A DNA stretch of 64,000 bases from an uncultured Chloroflexia bacterium (GCA_963748625.1 CAVVJT010000010.1:1-64000); one strand, 5' to 3'; positions 30,394 through 41,131 are shown, numbered from the stretch's first letter. Numbers and translations are program-made. The notes: a model not told the origin generated them from the letters alone.

Positions 30394-32076
30394 ATGGCCC
30401 GTGTCCTCCATCCCACCGTGCTCGGGCGCCTGGAGCAGCTGGCACCGGATCAGCGTGCCGCCGCCGTCGCGCCGCCGGGTCCCGTGCTGTGCATCGCGCC
30501 CGCCGGATCCGGGAAGACGACGACGCTGGTGGCGCGGGTCTGCTGGCTGGTGGATGGCGGCGTCGCACCCGCCGGTATCACGCTGGTCGCCTTCAACAAG
30601 CGGGCAGCCGACGAGCTGGTGGAACGGCTGGACGCGGCGCTTGCGCCCCTGGGCGTGGCGGCTGGAGCTGTGCGGGTCCGGACGTTCCACGCGCTCGGGC
30701 GGGAGATCCTCATCGACGGCGGGGTGTCCGTCAACCCGCTGGTTGATCGGGACGAGCTGCTCCGGGACCTGTTCCCGGGCATCGGGCGGGCGGACCGCGG
30801 ACGCCTGGACCTCGCGTTCAGCCGGCTCAAGCTGGACCTGCGGGTCTCGGGCGACGAGATCGCGAGGTCGGATCCGGCGCCAGGGCCGGTGGCGTCGGCG
30901 TACATCGCGTACGAGCAGGCGGTCGCGGGGTCGGGCGGCTGCGACTTCGACGACCTCGTCGTGCGTGCCGTGCGGGCACTGGGTGAGGACGAGGCGCTGC
31001 TGGCGCGCTGGCGGGGTCGGGCCTCGACGCTGCTGGTGGACGAGGCGCAGGACCTCGACCGGACTCAGCTCGAGCTGGCCCTGGCCCTGGCGGCCCCCGC
31101 GAACAACGTCACGTTCGTTGGCGACGACGACCAGTCGATCTATGGGTGGCGCCTGGCGGACGTGCGCCGCGTGCTCGGGCTCGCGTCGGACCTGCCCGGC
31201 CTGCGGCGGGTGGACCTTGCGGTCAACTACCGGTGCCCGCGGCCCGTGATCGAGCGCGCGGTGCGGCTCGTGGAGCACAACCGGGAGCGGTTCGCGAAGG
31301 CGATCCGGCCAGGACCCGCGGCGAAGGGCCGCCTGGTGCTGGCCCCGGACGCCGCTGACGACACCGTGCGCATCGCACGCGCGATGCGTGCCTGGCCGGA
31401 CGACGGCTCAACCCGGGCGATCCTCACGCGGACGAACCGCGAGCTGCTCGCGGCCGTCGTGGCGGCGCTCGACCTGCGCCTGGCGTTCCGGGCGCCGGAC
31501 CTGCAGCTCGCCCTGGAGGACGCACGCCTTGCCGGGTTGCTGGGGCGTGCCGCCGACGTGGGCGCGTCCCGGCCGGGCGCGTCCGTGCTGGAGGCACTTG
31601 GGGCACTGCGGACCGCTGTCCTCGCCGAGGAGGCGGCCGCGGTCGCGGCCGGCAGCCCTCCGCCCGAGGAGGGGCCTACCGAGAGCGACCTGGTCACGGC
31701 GCTGCTGGGCTGGGCCGCCGGGCGACGGGATCTGCGATCACTCGCGGCGGCCGTGGAGGCCCGACGCGTGCTCCTCGCCTCCCTGCGCAACGACGCTGCG
31801 ACCCTCACGCTTGCGACCGCGCACGGGACGAAAGGCCTCGAGTGGGACCACGTCGTCGTCCTTGTCGACGGCTTCCCGGGTCGCAGGTCCATCGCCGACG
31901 CCACGGAGCCCGAGCGTGCGCTCGAGGAGGAGCGGCGCCTCGCGTACGTCGCCTGGACAAGGGCGCGCCGCTCGCTGACCCTGCTGTACGACCCTGCGGC
32001 GCCGTCGCGGTTCCTGCTCGAGGCGTTCGACCCCTGGGAGCTGCCTGGCGTCCGGCCCGACGACGTGGCCGCGTAG
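30394..32076 (+). CDS. Short UvrD/PcrA-family (SF1) DNA helicase
   Basis: APAGSGKT, FNKRAA, TFHALG, DEAQD, VGDDDQSIYGWR, NYRC, HGTKGLEW, EERRLAYVAWTRAR. Confidence 0.9.
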   Translation: MARVLHPTVLGRLEQLAPDQRAAAVAPPGPVLCIAPAGSGKTTTLVARVCWLVDGGVAPAGITLVAFNKRAADELVERLDAALAPLGVAAGAVRVRTFHALGREILIDGGVSVNPLVDRDELLRDLFPGIGRADRGRLDLAFSRLKLDLRVSGDEIARSDPAPGPVASAYIAYEQAVAGSGGCDFDDLVVRAVRALGEDEALLARWRGRASTLLVDEAQDLDRTQLELALALAAPANNVTFVGDDDQSIYGWRLADVRRVLGLASDLPGLRRVDLAVNYRCPRPVIERAVRLVEHNRERFAKAIRPGPAAKGRLVLAPDAADDTVRIARAMRAWPDDGSTRAILTRTNRELLAAVVAALDLRLAFRAPDLQLALEDARLAGLLGRAADVGASRPGASVLEALGALRTAVLAEEAAAVAAGSPPPEEGPTESDLVTALLGWAAGRRDLRSLAAAVEARRVLLASLRNDAATLTLATAHGTKGLEWDHVVVLVDGFPGRRSIADATEPERALEEERRLAYVAWTRARRSLTLLYDPAAPSRFLLEAFDPWELPGVRPDDVAA

Positions 32077-32086
32077 ACTGCGCGCC

Positions 32087-32581
32087 ATGACAGATCCCAA
32101 CCGGACCCGCATTCCGTCGCTCGGCCCGCGGGGTGAGGGCTGGGTCGCCATCCAGTTCGTCCTGTTCGGGCTCATCGCGCTGGCCCCCATGGCCGACGGC
32201 GGCGTCGTGCCGGACGGCGCGCGACCGGCGCTCACGCTCGTCGGGGTGTTCCTCGCGATCGTCGGCCTCGGGATCGCGGGCAAGGGCCTCGTCGACCTCC
32301 GCGAGTCGCTCACGCCGCTCCCCCACCCACGCGACGACGCGGAGCTCGTTGAGACCGGCGTGTTCGGCCGCGTGCGCCACCCGATCTACGGCGGGCTGGT
32401 GATCGGCGCCGTCGGCTGGAGCTGCATCTCGGGGTCCGTCGTGGCACTCGCGCTCAGCGGCGTCCTCCTGGTCTTCTTCCGGCTCAAGTCCGGGCGCGAG
32501 GAGGCCTGGCTCCGGCAGCGCTACCCGGGGTACGAGGCATACGCCCGGCGCACGCGGCGGATGATCCCGTTCGTCTACTGA
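32087..32581 (+). CDS. Isoprenylcysteine carboxylmethyltransferase (ICMT/PEMT) family membrane protein
   Basis: LVETGVFGRVRHPIYGG, REEAWL..YPGYEAY. Confidence 0.88.
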   Translation: MTDPNRTRIPSLGPRGEGWVAIQFVLFGLIALAPMADGGVVPDGARPALTLVGVFLAIVGLGIAGKGLVDLRESLTPLPHPRDDAELVETGVFGRVRHPIYGGLVIGAVGWSCISGSVVALALSGVLLVFFRLKSGREEAWLRQRYPGYEAYARRTRRMIPFVY

Positions 32582-32653
32582 CGGCCGTCGGGGCCGACGG
32601 CGACCCGCGACGGGCTGGGCCGACGGCGACGGGCGACTGGCAGGAACGCCTGG

Positions 32654-32989
32654 CTACCCGCCCACGTCGCGGCGGTTGAGCTCCTTGAGCAATCGGTCGA
32701 TCGCGTCGAGGAACGGCTCGGTCGCCTCGGGCGGCAGCACGTCCCGGATGGAGTCCTTGGGGCCGTAGGCCGCGCGTGCCCGCATCGCGACCTTCCGCAG
32801 GTCGGCAAGGCCCGCGTCCCGGAGCAGGTCCGGCATCGGCTCCACGTAGGCGATCCAGCGCGCATGCCCGCTGGCGCGTGCGGCGTCGACCATGCGGTCC
32901 GCGGCGCGCGCAGCGGCAAGGGCGGCCTCGTCGATGTTCGGGCGCTCGTGGCGGGCAGGCCCTGACGACCCGTGTGCGGCCGGGCTCAC
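32654..32989 (-). CDS. Hypothetical helical protein
   Basis: Protein-like composition (WIAYVEPMPDLLRD...AAYGPKDSIRD), co-oriented downstream of the DUF6941-like gene. Confidence 0.65.
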   Translation of the reverse strand: MSPAAHGSSGPARHERPNIDEAALAAARAADRMVDAARASGHARWIAYVEPMPDLLRDAGLADLRKVAMRARAAYGPKDSIRDVLPPEATEPFLDAIDRLLKELNRRDVGG

Positions 32990-33023
32990 GACCCAACCCC
33001 TGACGACCAGGATGTGGCCGGGC

Positions 33024-33455
33024 TCACGACCCCGTGGCGGGCTGCTGCGCGTCCGCGGGTGGCTTGACCAGCACGAGGCCCAGGCGCTTGCGCTCGGACC
33101 CGTTCACGAGGATCCGGAAGGAGTAGTCACCGGGCGTCGGGAAGGTCAGGTTCCAGAGGTCGATCGAGAACGTCACGATCGCGTCCCGGGCATCGGGCTG
33201 GCTGCGCGCGACCAGGGCACCCGTGGCGCCGGTCACCTCGCCACCATCGGGATCGAGCAGGACGATCCGCAGCTCGTGCTCGCGCTCCGTCTCTGGCGCC
33301 GTGACCAGCAGGCCGACCACGAGCGCGAGGTGGGGATGGCGCAGCGGGAAGGTCCGCCCGCCGATGCGGGTGATCCCGCCGCCGAGCACGTGGAACTTGT
33401 GGCCAGGCTGGGTCTCGGCGGCGTCCGCAAGGAAGGCGTAGTCGATCTCGGGCAT
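33024..33455 (-). CDS. DUF6941-like beta-sandwich protein
   Basis: DYAFLADAA...KFHVLGGG...FPTPGDYSFRILVNG pattern. Confidence 0.7.
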   Translation of the reverse strand: MPEIDYAFLADAAETQPGHKFHVLGGGITRIGGRTFPLRHPHLALVVGLLVTAPETEREHELRIVLLDPDGGEVTGATGALVARSQPDARDAIVTFSIDLWNLTFPTPGDYSFRILVNGSERKRLGLVLVKPPADAQQPATGS

Positions 33456-33514
33456 AGCGCCATCGTAGCCCCGGTCGCTCCGTGGTGGTGGAACCGCGTG
33501 CCTTACAGTGACCC

Positions 33515-36500
33515 TTACCGTTCTCCGGCGGATCTCGCCGCGGCAACCCGCTTGCGCGCCCTCGCGACACCGGGGTCCGGTGCCTCGGCGAGATGCTCTC
33601 CGCCAACACCCGGCCGACCGGCCTCTTCGGCGAAGGTGACGTGGCTCAGCGGCACGAGCGGCTCACCCCGCAGGACCCGCGCGAGGTACTCCCCCGTCGC
33701 TGAGCCCTCGGTGGCGCCGACGGTCTCCGGCGTTCCCTCCGCGATCACGCGGCCGCCGCGGTGCCCGCCCTCGGGTCCGAGGTCCACGATCCAGTCCGCG
33801 GTCTTGATCACGTCGAGGTTGTGCTCGATCACGAGCACGGTGTTGCCGTTGTCCACGAGCCGGTGGAGGACGTGGAGCAGCTTGTCCACATCGGCGAAGT
33901 GAAGTCCGGTCGTGGGCTCGTCGAGCAGGTAGAGGGTCTTGCCCGTGGCACGCTTCGAGAGCTCCGTGGCCAGCTTCACGCGCTGCGCCTCACCACCCGA
34001 GAGCGTGGTCGCCGGCTGGCCGAGGTGGACGTAGCCGAGGCCCACGTCGAACAGGGTCTGCAGCTTGTTCTTCACCGTTGGCACGGCGCTGAAGAACTCG
34101 TTCGCCTCCTCCACCGTCATCTCCAGGACGTCAGCGATGGTGCGGCCCTTGTAGTGGATCTCGAGCGCCTCGCGGCCGTAGCGCTTGCCCTTGCAGATCT
34201 CGCACGGCACGTAGACGTCCGGCAGGAACTGCATCTCGATCTTGATGATCCCGTCGCCCTTGCAGTTCTCGCAGCGGCCGCCCTTCACGTTGAAGCTGAA
34301 GCGGCCGGGCATGTAGCCGCGGACCCTGGCCTCGGGCGTGCCGGCGAACAGCTCCCGGATGGGGCCGAACAGGCCGACGTAGGTGGCCGGATTCGACCGC
34401 GGCGTGCGCCCGATGGGGCTCTGGTCGATCTCGATGATCTTGTCGATGTGCTCGACGCCCAGCACCTGGTCGTGCGCGCCGACCGGCGCGCGAGAACCCG
34501 TGAGGTCGCGAGCAAGCGCCCGGTACAGCACCTCGTCCACGAGCGTGGACTTGCCGGAGCCAGAGACACCCGTCACCGCGATGAACGTGCCCAGGGGGAA
34601 GTCCACGTCCACGCCCTGGAGGTTGTGCTCGCGCGCGCCGCGGACGGACAGCTTCTTCCCGTTGCCGTGCCGCCGCTCCTCCGGCACGGCGACGGCACGC
34701 TCACCGCGCAGGAAGGCGCCGGTGATGGAGCGGGGTTCCGCCAGCACGGCTTCAAGGGGGCCGTTCGCGATGATCTCGCCGCCGTGCTCACCTGCGCCCG
34801 GCCCGATGTCGATCACCCAGTCAGCCGTGCGAATGGTCTCCTCGTCGTGCTCCACGACCAGCACCGTGTTGCCGAGGTCGCGCAGGCGCGTGAGCGTGGC
34901 GATGAGCTTGGCATTGTCCCGCTGGTGGAGCCCGATCGACGGCTCGTCGAGGATGTAGAGGACACCCATGAGCGTGGTGCCGATCTGGGTGGCCAGCCGG
35001 ATCCGCTGCGCCTCCCCGCCGGACAGGCTGATCGATGCCCGGTCGAGCGTCAGGTAGTCCAGGCCCACGTCCACGAGGAAGCCGAGCCGGGCGGTGATCT
35101 CCTTGAGGACCTGTCGCGCGATGGTCGCCTCGCGCTCGGTCACCGTGTCGGCCAGCCCGGTCGCCCAGTCGAGCGCGTCGGTCACCGACATCCCGCTCAC
35201 GTCGGCGACGTTGCGCCCGTTGACAGTGACCGCGAGCACCTCTGGCCGAAGGCGCCTGCCGCGGCACGACGGGCACGGCTTCTGGACCATGAACTTCTCG
35301 AGCTCGGTCCGGATGTACTCGGACTCGGTCTCCTTGTACCGGCGCTCGAGGTTGGTGACCACGCCCTCGAACGTGGCGACGTAGCTGTTCTCGCCCCGCT
35401 CGTGCTTGTAGCGCACGACCACCTTCTCGTCCTTGGGTGCGTACAGCAGGAACTCCAGCGCCTCGGGCGGCAGATCGCTCACTGGGGTGCTCGTGCTCCA
35501 GCCGCGGCTCGCGAACACCGCGTCCGTGATCTTCATGCGCCACGAGATCTCGGTAGGCATCTTGTTCCACGGGGCCAGGGCGCCGGCGCGGATGCTCTTG
35601 GAGTGGTCCGGCATGACGAGGCCCGGGTCCATGACGAGCTGGCTGCCGAGGCCCGTGCAGGTGGCACAGGCGCCGTGCGGCGAGTTGAAGGAGAAGGAGC
35701 GCGGCTCCAACTCGTCGATCGTGGTGCCGTCGTGCGGGCAGGAGTAGCGCTCGCTGAAGCGGCGCTCCTCGAAGGCCGGCGCCTCGCCCTCGCGCGGCAC
35801 GGGGGCGACCATCACGACGCCCTCGCCAAGCCGCAACGCCGTCTCCACGGAGTCCGCGAGGCGCGAGGTGTCCGGGTCCGGCAGGGTGGCGCCCGTCGCC
35901 GGGTCGATCGGTCGGCCCAGGTCGTCGCGCACCCACTCCTCGGGCGCCTCGGCGCGGCGGACGACGAACCGGTCTACCACGACCTCGATCGTGTGACGCT
36001 TGTACTTGTCGAGCGTGGGCGCCTCGGACAGGTCGTACTGGACACCGTCGACGCGGACGCGGACGAAGCCCTGCTTGCGGGCGGCCTCGAAGACGCGGTC
36101 CCCCTCGGTCTTGCGGTCCTTGATGAGCGGGCCGAGCACCAGCAGGCGCGTCCCCTCGGCGAGCGCGAGGACCTGGTCCACGATCTGGCTCACCGTCTGG
36201 CGCTCGATCTCGCGGCCGCAGTTGGGGCAGTGCGGGTGGCCGATGCGCGCGAACAGGAGGCGCAGGTAGTCGTAGATCTCCGTGACCGTGCCGACGGTGG
36301 ACCTGGGGTTCTTTGACGCGCCCTTCTGGTCGATGGAGATGGCGGGCGAGAGCCCGTCGATCTGGTCGACGTCGGGCTTCTCCATCTGGCCCAGGAACTG
36401 CCGGGCGTAGGCGCTGAGGCTCTCGACGTAGCGGCGCTGGCCCTCGGCGTAGATCGTGTCGAACGCGAGGCTGGACTTGCCGCTCCCGGACAGGCCGGTG

Positions 36501-36592
36501 ATCACGATCAGCCGGTCACGCGGGAACGTGACGGAGACGTTCTTGAGGTTGTGCTCGCGCGCGCCGCGCACGACGATCCGATCCTGGGGCAC
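33515..36592 (-). CDS. uvrA: Excinuclease ABC subunit A
   Basis: [22 protein letters not shown], Zn fingers, LSGGEAQR twice, GVSGSGKS. Confidence 0.98.
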   Translation of the reverse strand: MPQDRIVVRGAREHNLKNVSVTFPRDRLIVITGLSGSGKSSLAFDTIYAEGQRRYVESLSAYARQFLGQMEKPDVDQIDGLSPAISIDQKGASKNPRSTVGTVTEIYDYLRLLFARIGHPHCPNCGREIERQTVSQIVDQVLALAEGTRLLVLGPLIKDRKTEGDRVFEAARKQGFVRVRVDGVQYDLSEAPTLDKYKRHTIEVVVDRFVVRRAEAPEEWVRDDLGRPIDPATGATLPDPDTSRLADSVETALRLGEGVVMVAPVPREGEAPAFEERRFSERYSCPHDGTTIDELEPRSFSFNSPHGACATCTGLGSQLVMDPGLVMPDHSKSIRAGALAPWNKMPTEISWRMKITDAVFASRGWSTSTPVSDLPPEALEFLLYAPKDEKVVVRYKHERGENSYVATFEGVVTNLERRYKETESEYIRTELEKFMVQKPCPSCRGRRLRPEVLAVTVNGRNVADVSGMSVTDALDWATGLADTVTEREATIARQVLKEITARLGFLVDVGLDYLTLDRASISLSGGEAQRIRLATQIGTTLMGVLYILDEPSIGLHQRDNAKLIATLTRLRDLGNTVLVVEHDEETIRTADWVIDIGPGAGEHGGEIIANGPLEAVLAEPRSITGAFLRGERAVAVPEERRHGNGKKLSVRGAREHNLQGVDVDFPLGTFIAVTGVSGSGKSTLVDEVLYRALARDLTGSRAPVGAHDQVLGVEHIDKIIEIDQSPIGRTPRSNPATYVGLFGPIRELFAGTPEARVRGYMPGRFSFNVKGGRCENCKGDGIIKIEMQFLPDVYVPCEICKGKRYGREALEIHYKGRTIADVLEMTVEEANEFFSAVPTVKNKLQTLFDVGLGYVHLGQPATTLSGGEAQRVKLATELSKRATGKTLYLLDEPTTGLHFADVDKLLHVLHRLVDNGNTVLVIEHNLDVIKTADWIVDLGPEGGHRGGRVIAEGTPETVGATEGSATGEYLARVLRGEPLVPLSHVTFAEEAGRPGVGGEHLAEAPDPGVARARKRVAAARSAGER

Positions 36593-36620
36593 GGGTGCAG
36601 TCTACCCGAACTGCAGCAAA

Positions 36621-36636
36621 TAGAACAACCGTTCTA
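36621..36636. promoter_or_regulatory. LexA (SOS/Cheo) box upstream of uvrA
   Basis: TAGAAC-AACC-GTTCTA = GAAC-N4-GTTC, over the -35 region of a promoter with -10 TAGACT (36599-36604). Confidence 0.85.
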
Positions 36637-36645
36637 GGGGTGCCC

Positions 36646-36717
36646 GACCGGCTCCCGGATGCGCGGCTCCCGTCCCGGATGCGCGGCCAGCGTTCATAAG
36701 GGCGGGTGCCCTGCGAT
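36646..36717. repeat. Dispersed intergenic repeat copy 2
   Basis: 39/42 identity to 615-656; internal duplication of CCCGGATGCGCGGC. Confidence 0.75.
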
Positions 36718-36902
36718 CAGGCCGGGCGGGTGGTGCAGCCGCACATCGACGCCAGGACGGCCAGCCAGCCGAGGATGATGCCAAGGACGATCGCACCGAC
36801 CCACGCAGCGCCCCTGGTCCAGTCGCGCGTCTGCAGCGGTACCTCTTCGCTCGTCTTGGTCGGCCCGGTCGGCCCGGTCGGCTCGTGCGCGAGGTTGTCC
36901 AT
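36717..36902 (-). CDS. Small single-pass membrane protein with C-terminal CGC motif
   Basis: GAGGGG RBS-like sequence; 61 aa; TM WVGAIVLGIILGWLAVLA followed by MCGCTT. Confidence 0.55.
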   Translation of the reverse strand: MDNLAHEPTGPTGPTKTSEEVPLQTRDWTRGAAWVGAIVLGIILGWLAVLASMCGCTTRPA

Positions 36903-36922
36903 GCCTGCCCCTCGACGTGCAG

Positions 36923-37489
36923 TCAGGGGGCCGCGAGGTCGGACTGGCAGATCTTCCACGCGCCGTCCTCGCGGACCAGGCTGATCACCTCGTCCACGGG
37001 AAGGTCGGACCCGTAGGCCTCGAGCGAGTCCAGCAGGGCGCTCAACTGGTCGTCGGTCATCGTCGTGCCGTTCTGCTCCAGCAGCGCGGCGAGAATCGGG
37101 CGCATCGCCTCCTTGTCGAAGGTGATCTTCACGGTGCCCACGACCGGCACCTCGGCGCTGTCGCCGTCGACCACAGCCTCACCTGCGTCGAGCTCCTGCA
37201 CGTCCACCCGGACCGCGTCGAGCAGCCCCTGCATGTCGAGGCCGGGCAGCAGCGCTCCCGCATCGAGCGCACCGGTCATGCCGAGCTGGTCCGCGATCAT
37301 CTCCTCCTGCCCCGCACAGGCGAGGCCACGGAGTGCCTCGAGGTCCTTCTTGGCGGCGAGGTCGATCGCCTCCTTGACGACCCCTGCAGGGCTGTCGGAC
37401 GGCGCGGATGGCGCGCAGGCGGCCAGCGTGGCGACCACAGCGAACACGGCAGCGGCGAGACGGAGCGGGCGGATGACGGAGGAGCGCAT
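36923..37489 (-). CDS. Lipoprotein, NTF2/DUF4878-like
   Basis: Lipobox LAAC; C-terminal LVREDGAWKIC. Confidence 0.75.
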   Translation of the reverse strand: MRSSVIRPLRLAAAVFAVVATLAACAPSAPSDSPAGVVKEAIDLAAKKDLEALRGLACAGQEEMIADQLGMTGALDAGALLPGLDMQGLLDAVRVDVQELDAGEAVVDGDSAEVPVVGTVKITFDKEAMRPILAALLEQNGTTMTDDQLSALLDSLEAYGSDLPVDEVISLVREDGAWKICQSDLAAP

Positions 37490-37533
37490 GGCCGAAGCCT
37501 ACCCGCGCAGCCCGATCAGTGCCGGGGATGTGA

Positions 37534-38718
37534 TCAGTGCCGCCTGCGGGGCCGGTACATCGCGTTGGGGTCCGGCAGGAACCCGAGCTTCTCATACCAG
37601 CCGGTGAGCCCGGGCGCCGACGTGAGCGAGAACCGGACCTGGTCCCACTCGTCCGTCAGGAGGTGGACCATCCGCTCCCCCACCCCGAGGCCCTGGTACG
37701 CCGGGTGCACGACAACCGTGGCGATCAGGGCGTTCTGGCCGCCGTCCGAGAGCGAGCGCGCCGTCCCGATGAGCCGCTCCCCGTCCCACGCAGTCGCGAA
37801 TTCGGTCGTCCCGTCGATCGCCTTCTGGAGCGACGCGGGCTCCGATGCACGCATGTCCCAGCCGACCGAGCGCAACAGCCCGACCACGGACGCCGCGTCG
37901 GGAACGCGGTCCAGGCGGACGTCGATCCGGTCCCGTGTCCCGTCCGCCCGGACGAGTCGTCGCTGGAGCTCCCAGAGGTGGTCGAACCCGTGCGCCTGCA
38001 TCCGCCGGAGCACCTTGGCGAGCGTCCACGACTCCCCGTGCCGGTCCCACGCAGGCACGCCGTCGTCAGCGAGGCCGAGGACCACCAGCCGTTCCACGGC
38101 GAAGGCATGCGCGCCCTCGAGCATCGCTCGCACGTCGCTCCCGCGCAGCGGGCCATCGTATTGGCCGCCCGCCGGGAGGCGCCCGACCAGCCACGCGTCC
38201 GCCCGTGCCACGTGGCGCAACACCTCGGCCGCGGACCGCTCGCCCACGGCTGCATCGACCGGCAGCGGCCCGTGCGCCGCCTCGTGCGCGGCGATCCGCT
38301 CCGCCATGGCCAGCACGTCGTCGCGGGCCCACGCCAGGCGGCGGACGGCAGCAGCGACCGCCTCCTGCGTCACGCGGGTGTGGTCCGGCGGCAGCATCGC
38401 CCCGATCTCGTAGCCGTCCGCCTCGTGGCGCGCCTCCACCTCGCCCACCACCTCCGAGCGGCGGATGCGCGATATCCCGGCGTCGTCGCCGCGGGCCTCG
38501 AGCCACTCGCGGTAGCGGCCCGCCGCCGTCAGCGCGAGCGACAGCACGCGATCCCTGGTCCCCGCCCCCACCACGATGGGGAGATCCGCGAGCCAGCCGC
38601 CCATGCGCCCGTCGCGGCCGGACTCCAGCCACACGCCCACTGGCGCGAACCGGTCCAGCGTGGGCGAGGGCTCGCCGAGGGCGTCCTCGGTGACGTCGGG
38701 CTCGTACGTGCCGGGCAT
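37534..38718 (-). CDS. HicB-like + DinB-like + GNAT acetyltransferase fusion protein
   Basis: N-terminal GWLADLP..GAGTRD..L (HicB-like fold); LRHVARAD and WTLAKVLRR..HGFDH (DinB His triad); VHPAYQGLGVG and WYEKLGF (GNAT). Confidence 0.72.
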   Translation of the reverse strand: MPGTYEPDVTEDALGEPSPTLDRFAPVGVWLESGRDGRMGGWLADLPIVVGAGTRDRVLSLALTAAGRYREWLEARGDDAGISRIRRSEVVGEVEARHEADGYEIGAMLPPDHTRVTQEAVAAAVRRLAWARDDVLAMAERIAAHEAAHGPLPVDAAVGERSAAEVLRHVARADAWLVGRLPAGGQYDGPLRGSDVRAMLEGAHAFAVERLVVLGLADDGVPAWDRHGESWTLAKVLRRMQAHGFDHLWELQRRLVRADGTRDRIDVRLDRVPDAASVVGLLRSVGWDMRASEPASLQKAIDGTTEFATAWDGERLIGTARSLSDGGQNALIATVVVHPAYQGLGVGERMVHLLTDEWDQVRFSLTSAPGLTGWYEKLGFLPDPNAMYRPRRRH

Positions 38719-38729
38719 ACGGGGGTCTT

Positions 38730-41087
38730 TCAGTAGCCGCGCGCGCGGCGGTTGGGCCGGGAGCCCGTGCGCTTGCGGATGTTCGGCGTGACGGTCACAT
38801 CCCACGTCGGACGGTCCAGCCAGCGCGCCTGCCAGCCGGCGGCGTCCTCGTCGTCGTGCTCGTCGCGGATCCCCGGGAACAGGTCCGTGGCCACGCCCGA
38901 CGTGCCCGGCTCCTCGCCCGCAGGCAGGACCGTGACCTCGGTGACCTCCAGGGTCTGGGCGTCGTGGTCGTGGCCGGCGTGACCGCCGCGACCGCCCTTG
39001 CCGCCCGGGCGGTGGGCCGCCGCGCGCTCCTTGGCCGGCAGGAGCGCATCCTTCGCCGCCCGCTCGGCCGCCCGCGCAACCACGACCGACGCGTCCTGCT
39101 CGAGCACGCGCAGCCGGATCTGCTGGATCTCGTCGCGGATGGCAGCCGCCCGCTCGAACTCGAGCTCCTTGGCGGCGGCCTTCATCTCGGCCTCCATCTT
39201 CGCCACGAGCCGCTCGACCTCGGCCTTGTCGGCGGCGGCCAGGGTCGCCGCCCGGCGTTCCGAGGTATAGACGACGGTCTTCTCGGCGACGGCCCGCAGC
39301 CGGTCGTTGATGTCGTGGATGCCCTTGATGATGGTCATCGGCTCGATGCCGTGATCGATGTTGTGCTGCACCTGGACGGCTCGCCGGCGGTCCGTCTCGT
39401 CGATGGCGACCCGCATCGACTCCGTGACGGTGTCGGCGTACATGATCACCTCGCCGCCGGTGTTGCGCGCCGCCCGCCCGATCATCTGGATCAGCGACCA
39501 GGCGCTGCGCAGGAAGCCCTCCTTGTCCGCATCGAGGATTGCCATCAGGGTCACCTCGGGCAGGTCCAGGCCCTCGCGCAGGAGGTTGATGCCCACGAGG
39601 ACGTCGTACACGCCCAGGCGCAGGTCGCGCAGGATCGCGACGCGCTCGAGCGTGTCCACCTCGGAGTGGAGGTACTGGACCTTGATGCCCAGCTCCTTGA
39701 GGTAGTCCGCCAGGTCCTCGGCCATCTTCTTGGTCAGGGTGGTGACGAGGGCCCGCTCGCCCTTCTCCACGCGCTTGCGGATCTCCTCGAGCAGGTCGTC
39801 GATCTGGTGGGCCGTGGGGCGGACGGTGATCGGCGGGTCCACGATGCCCGTGGGCCGGATGAGCTGCTCGACGATCTGCTCGCTCTTCTCATGCTCGTAT
39901 GGGCCCGGCGTGGCGGAGACGTAGATCGCCTGGTTGACGTGGACCTCGAACTCCTCGAACGTCAGCGGCCGGTTGTCCAGCGCCGACGGCAGGCGGAAGC
40001 CGAAGTCGACCAGGATCTCCTTGCGGGTCCGGTCGTTCTTGTACATGCCCACGACCTGGGGGATGGTCATGTGGCTCTCGTCCACGATGAGCAGCCAGTC
40101 CGGCGGGAAGTAGTCGAGCAGGGTCCACGGCCTGCTGCCGGGCTCGCGCTGGGACAGGTGGCGGCTGTAGTTCTCGACGCCCGAGCAGTACCCGAGCTCC
40201 CGCAGCATCTCGAGGTCGAACGTGGTCCGCTGGCGCAGGCGCGCAGCCTCGAGCGCGCGGCCCTCCGCTTCCATCTGGCCGACCCGGAGCTCCATCTCCT
40301 CCTCGATGGAGGCGACGGCCGCGCCGAGCTTGTCCTTGGGCGTCACGAAGTGCGTGGCCGGGAAGACGTTGAGCTCCTTGCGCTCCGCGAGCAGCTCGCC
40401 GGTCAGTGGGTCGATCTCGGTGATCCGCTCGACCTCGTCACCGAAGAACTCCACCCGGACGACGATCTCCGAACTGGCCGGGCCGATCTCCAGGGTGTCG
40501 CCGCGGACCCGGAAGCGGGCCCGGCTCAGGGCGGCATCGTTGCGCTGGTACTGGAGGTCCACGAGGTGCCGCAGCACGGCGTCCCGCCGGTACTGGCCGC
40601 CGGTCCGCAGCCGCAGGACCGTGGCGCCGTAGTCCACGGGCGCCCCGAGGCCGTAGATGCACGACACCGACGCCACGATGATCACATCCCGTCGCTCGAA
40701 GAGCGCGTGGGTGGCCGCGTGCCGCAGCCGGTCGATCTCCTCGTTGCGGCTGGAGTCCTTCTCGATGTACGTGTCCGACCGGGGAAGGTATGCCTCGGGC
40801 TGGTAGTAGTCGAAGTAGGAGACGAAGTACTCGACGGCGTTGTCGGGGAAGAACTCCCGGAACTCCGAGTACAGCTGGGCGGCCAGGGTCTTGTTGTGGG
40901 CCAGGACAAGCGTGGGCTTCTGGTGCCGGACGATGGTCTCGGCCATCGTGAAGGTCTTGCCACTGCCCGTGACGCCCAGCAGCGTCTGGTGGCGCTGCCC
41001 GCGCGATAGCCCGCCCACGAGGCGTTCGATCGCCTGCGGCTGGTCGCCGGTGGGCTCGAAGGGGGCGACAAGGCGGAAGTCCGGCAC
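38730..41087 (-). CDS. uvrB: Excinuclease ABC subunit B
   Basis: [38 protein letters not shown] domain [11 protein letters not shown]. Confidence 0.98.
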   Translation of the reverse strand: MPDFRLVAPFEPTGDQPQAIERLVGGLSRGQRHQTLLGVTGSGKTFTMAETIVRHQKPTLVLAHNKTLAAQLYSEFREFFPDNAVEYFVSYFDYYQPEAYLPRSDTYIEKDSSRNEEIDRLRHAATHALFERRDVIIVASVSCIYGLGAPVDYGATVLRLRTGGQYRRDAVLRHLVDLQYQRNDAALSRARFRVRGDTLEIGPASSEIVVRVEFFGDEVERITEIDPLTGELLAERKELNVFPATHFVTPKDKLGAAVASIEEEMELRVGQMEAEGRALEAARLRQRTTFDLEMLRELGYCSGVENYSRHLSQREPGSRPWTLLDYFPPDWLLIVDESHMTIPQVVGMYKNDRTRKEILVDFGFRLPSALDNRPLTFEEFEVHVNQAIYVSATPGPYEHEKSEQIVEQLIRPTGIVDPPITVRPTAHQIDDLLEEIRKRVEKGERALVTTLTKKMAEDLADYLKELGIKVQYLHSEVDTLERVAILRDLRLGVYDVLVGINLLREGLDLPEVTLMAILDADKEGFLRSAWSLIQMIGRAARNTGGEVIMYADTVTESMRVAIDETDRRRAVQVQHNIDHGIEPMTIIKGIHDINDRLRAVAEKTVVYTSERRAATLAAADKAEVERLVAKMEAEMKAAAKELEFERAAAIRDEIQQIRLRVLEQDASVVVARAAERAAKDALLPAKERAAAHRPGGKGGRGGHAGHDHDAQTLEVTEVTVLPAGEEPGTSGVATDLFPGIRDEHDDEDAAGWQARWLDRPTWDVTVTPNIRKRTGSRPNRRARGY

Positions 41088-41117
41088 GGGCCGATGCTAC
41101 CACGCGGGCACCCATAT

Positions 41118-41131
41118 CGAACAGACGTTCG
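41118..41131. promoter_or_regulatory. LexA (SOS/Cheo) box upstream of uvrB
   Basis: CGAAC-AGAC-GTTCG, 18 nt upstream of extended -10 TGgTAGCAT (41094-41099). Confidence 0.9.
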
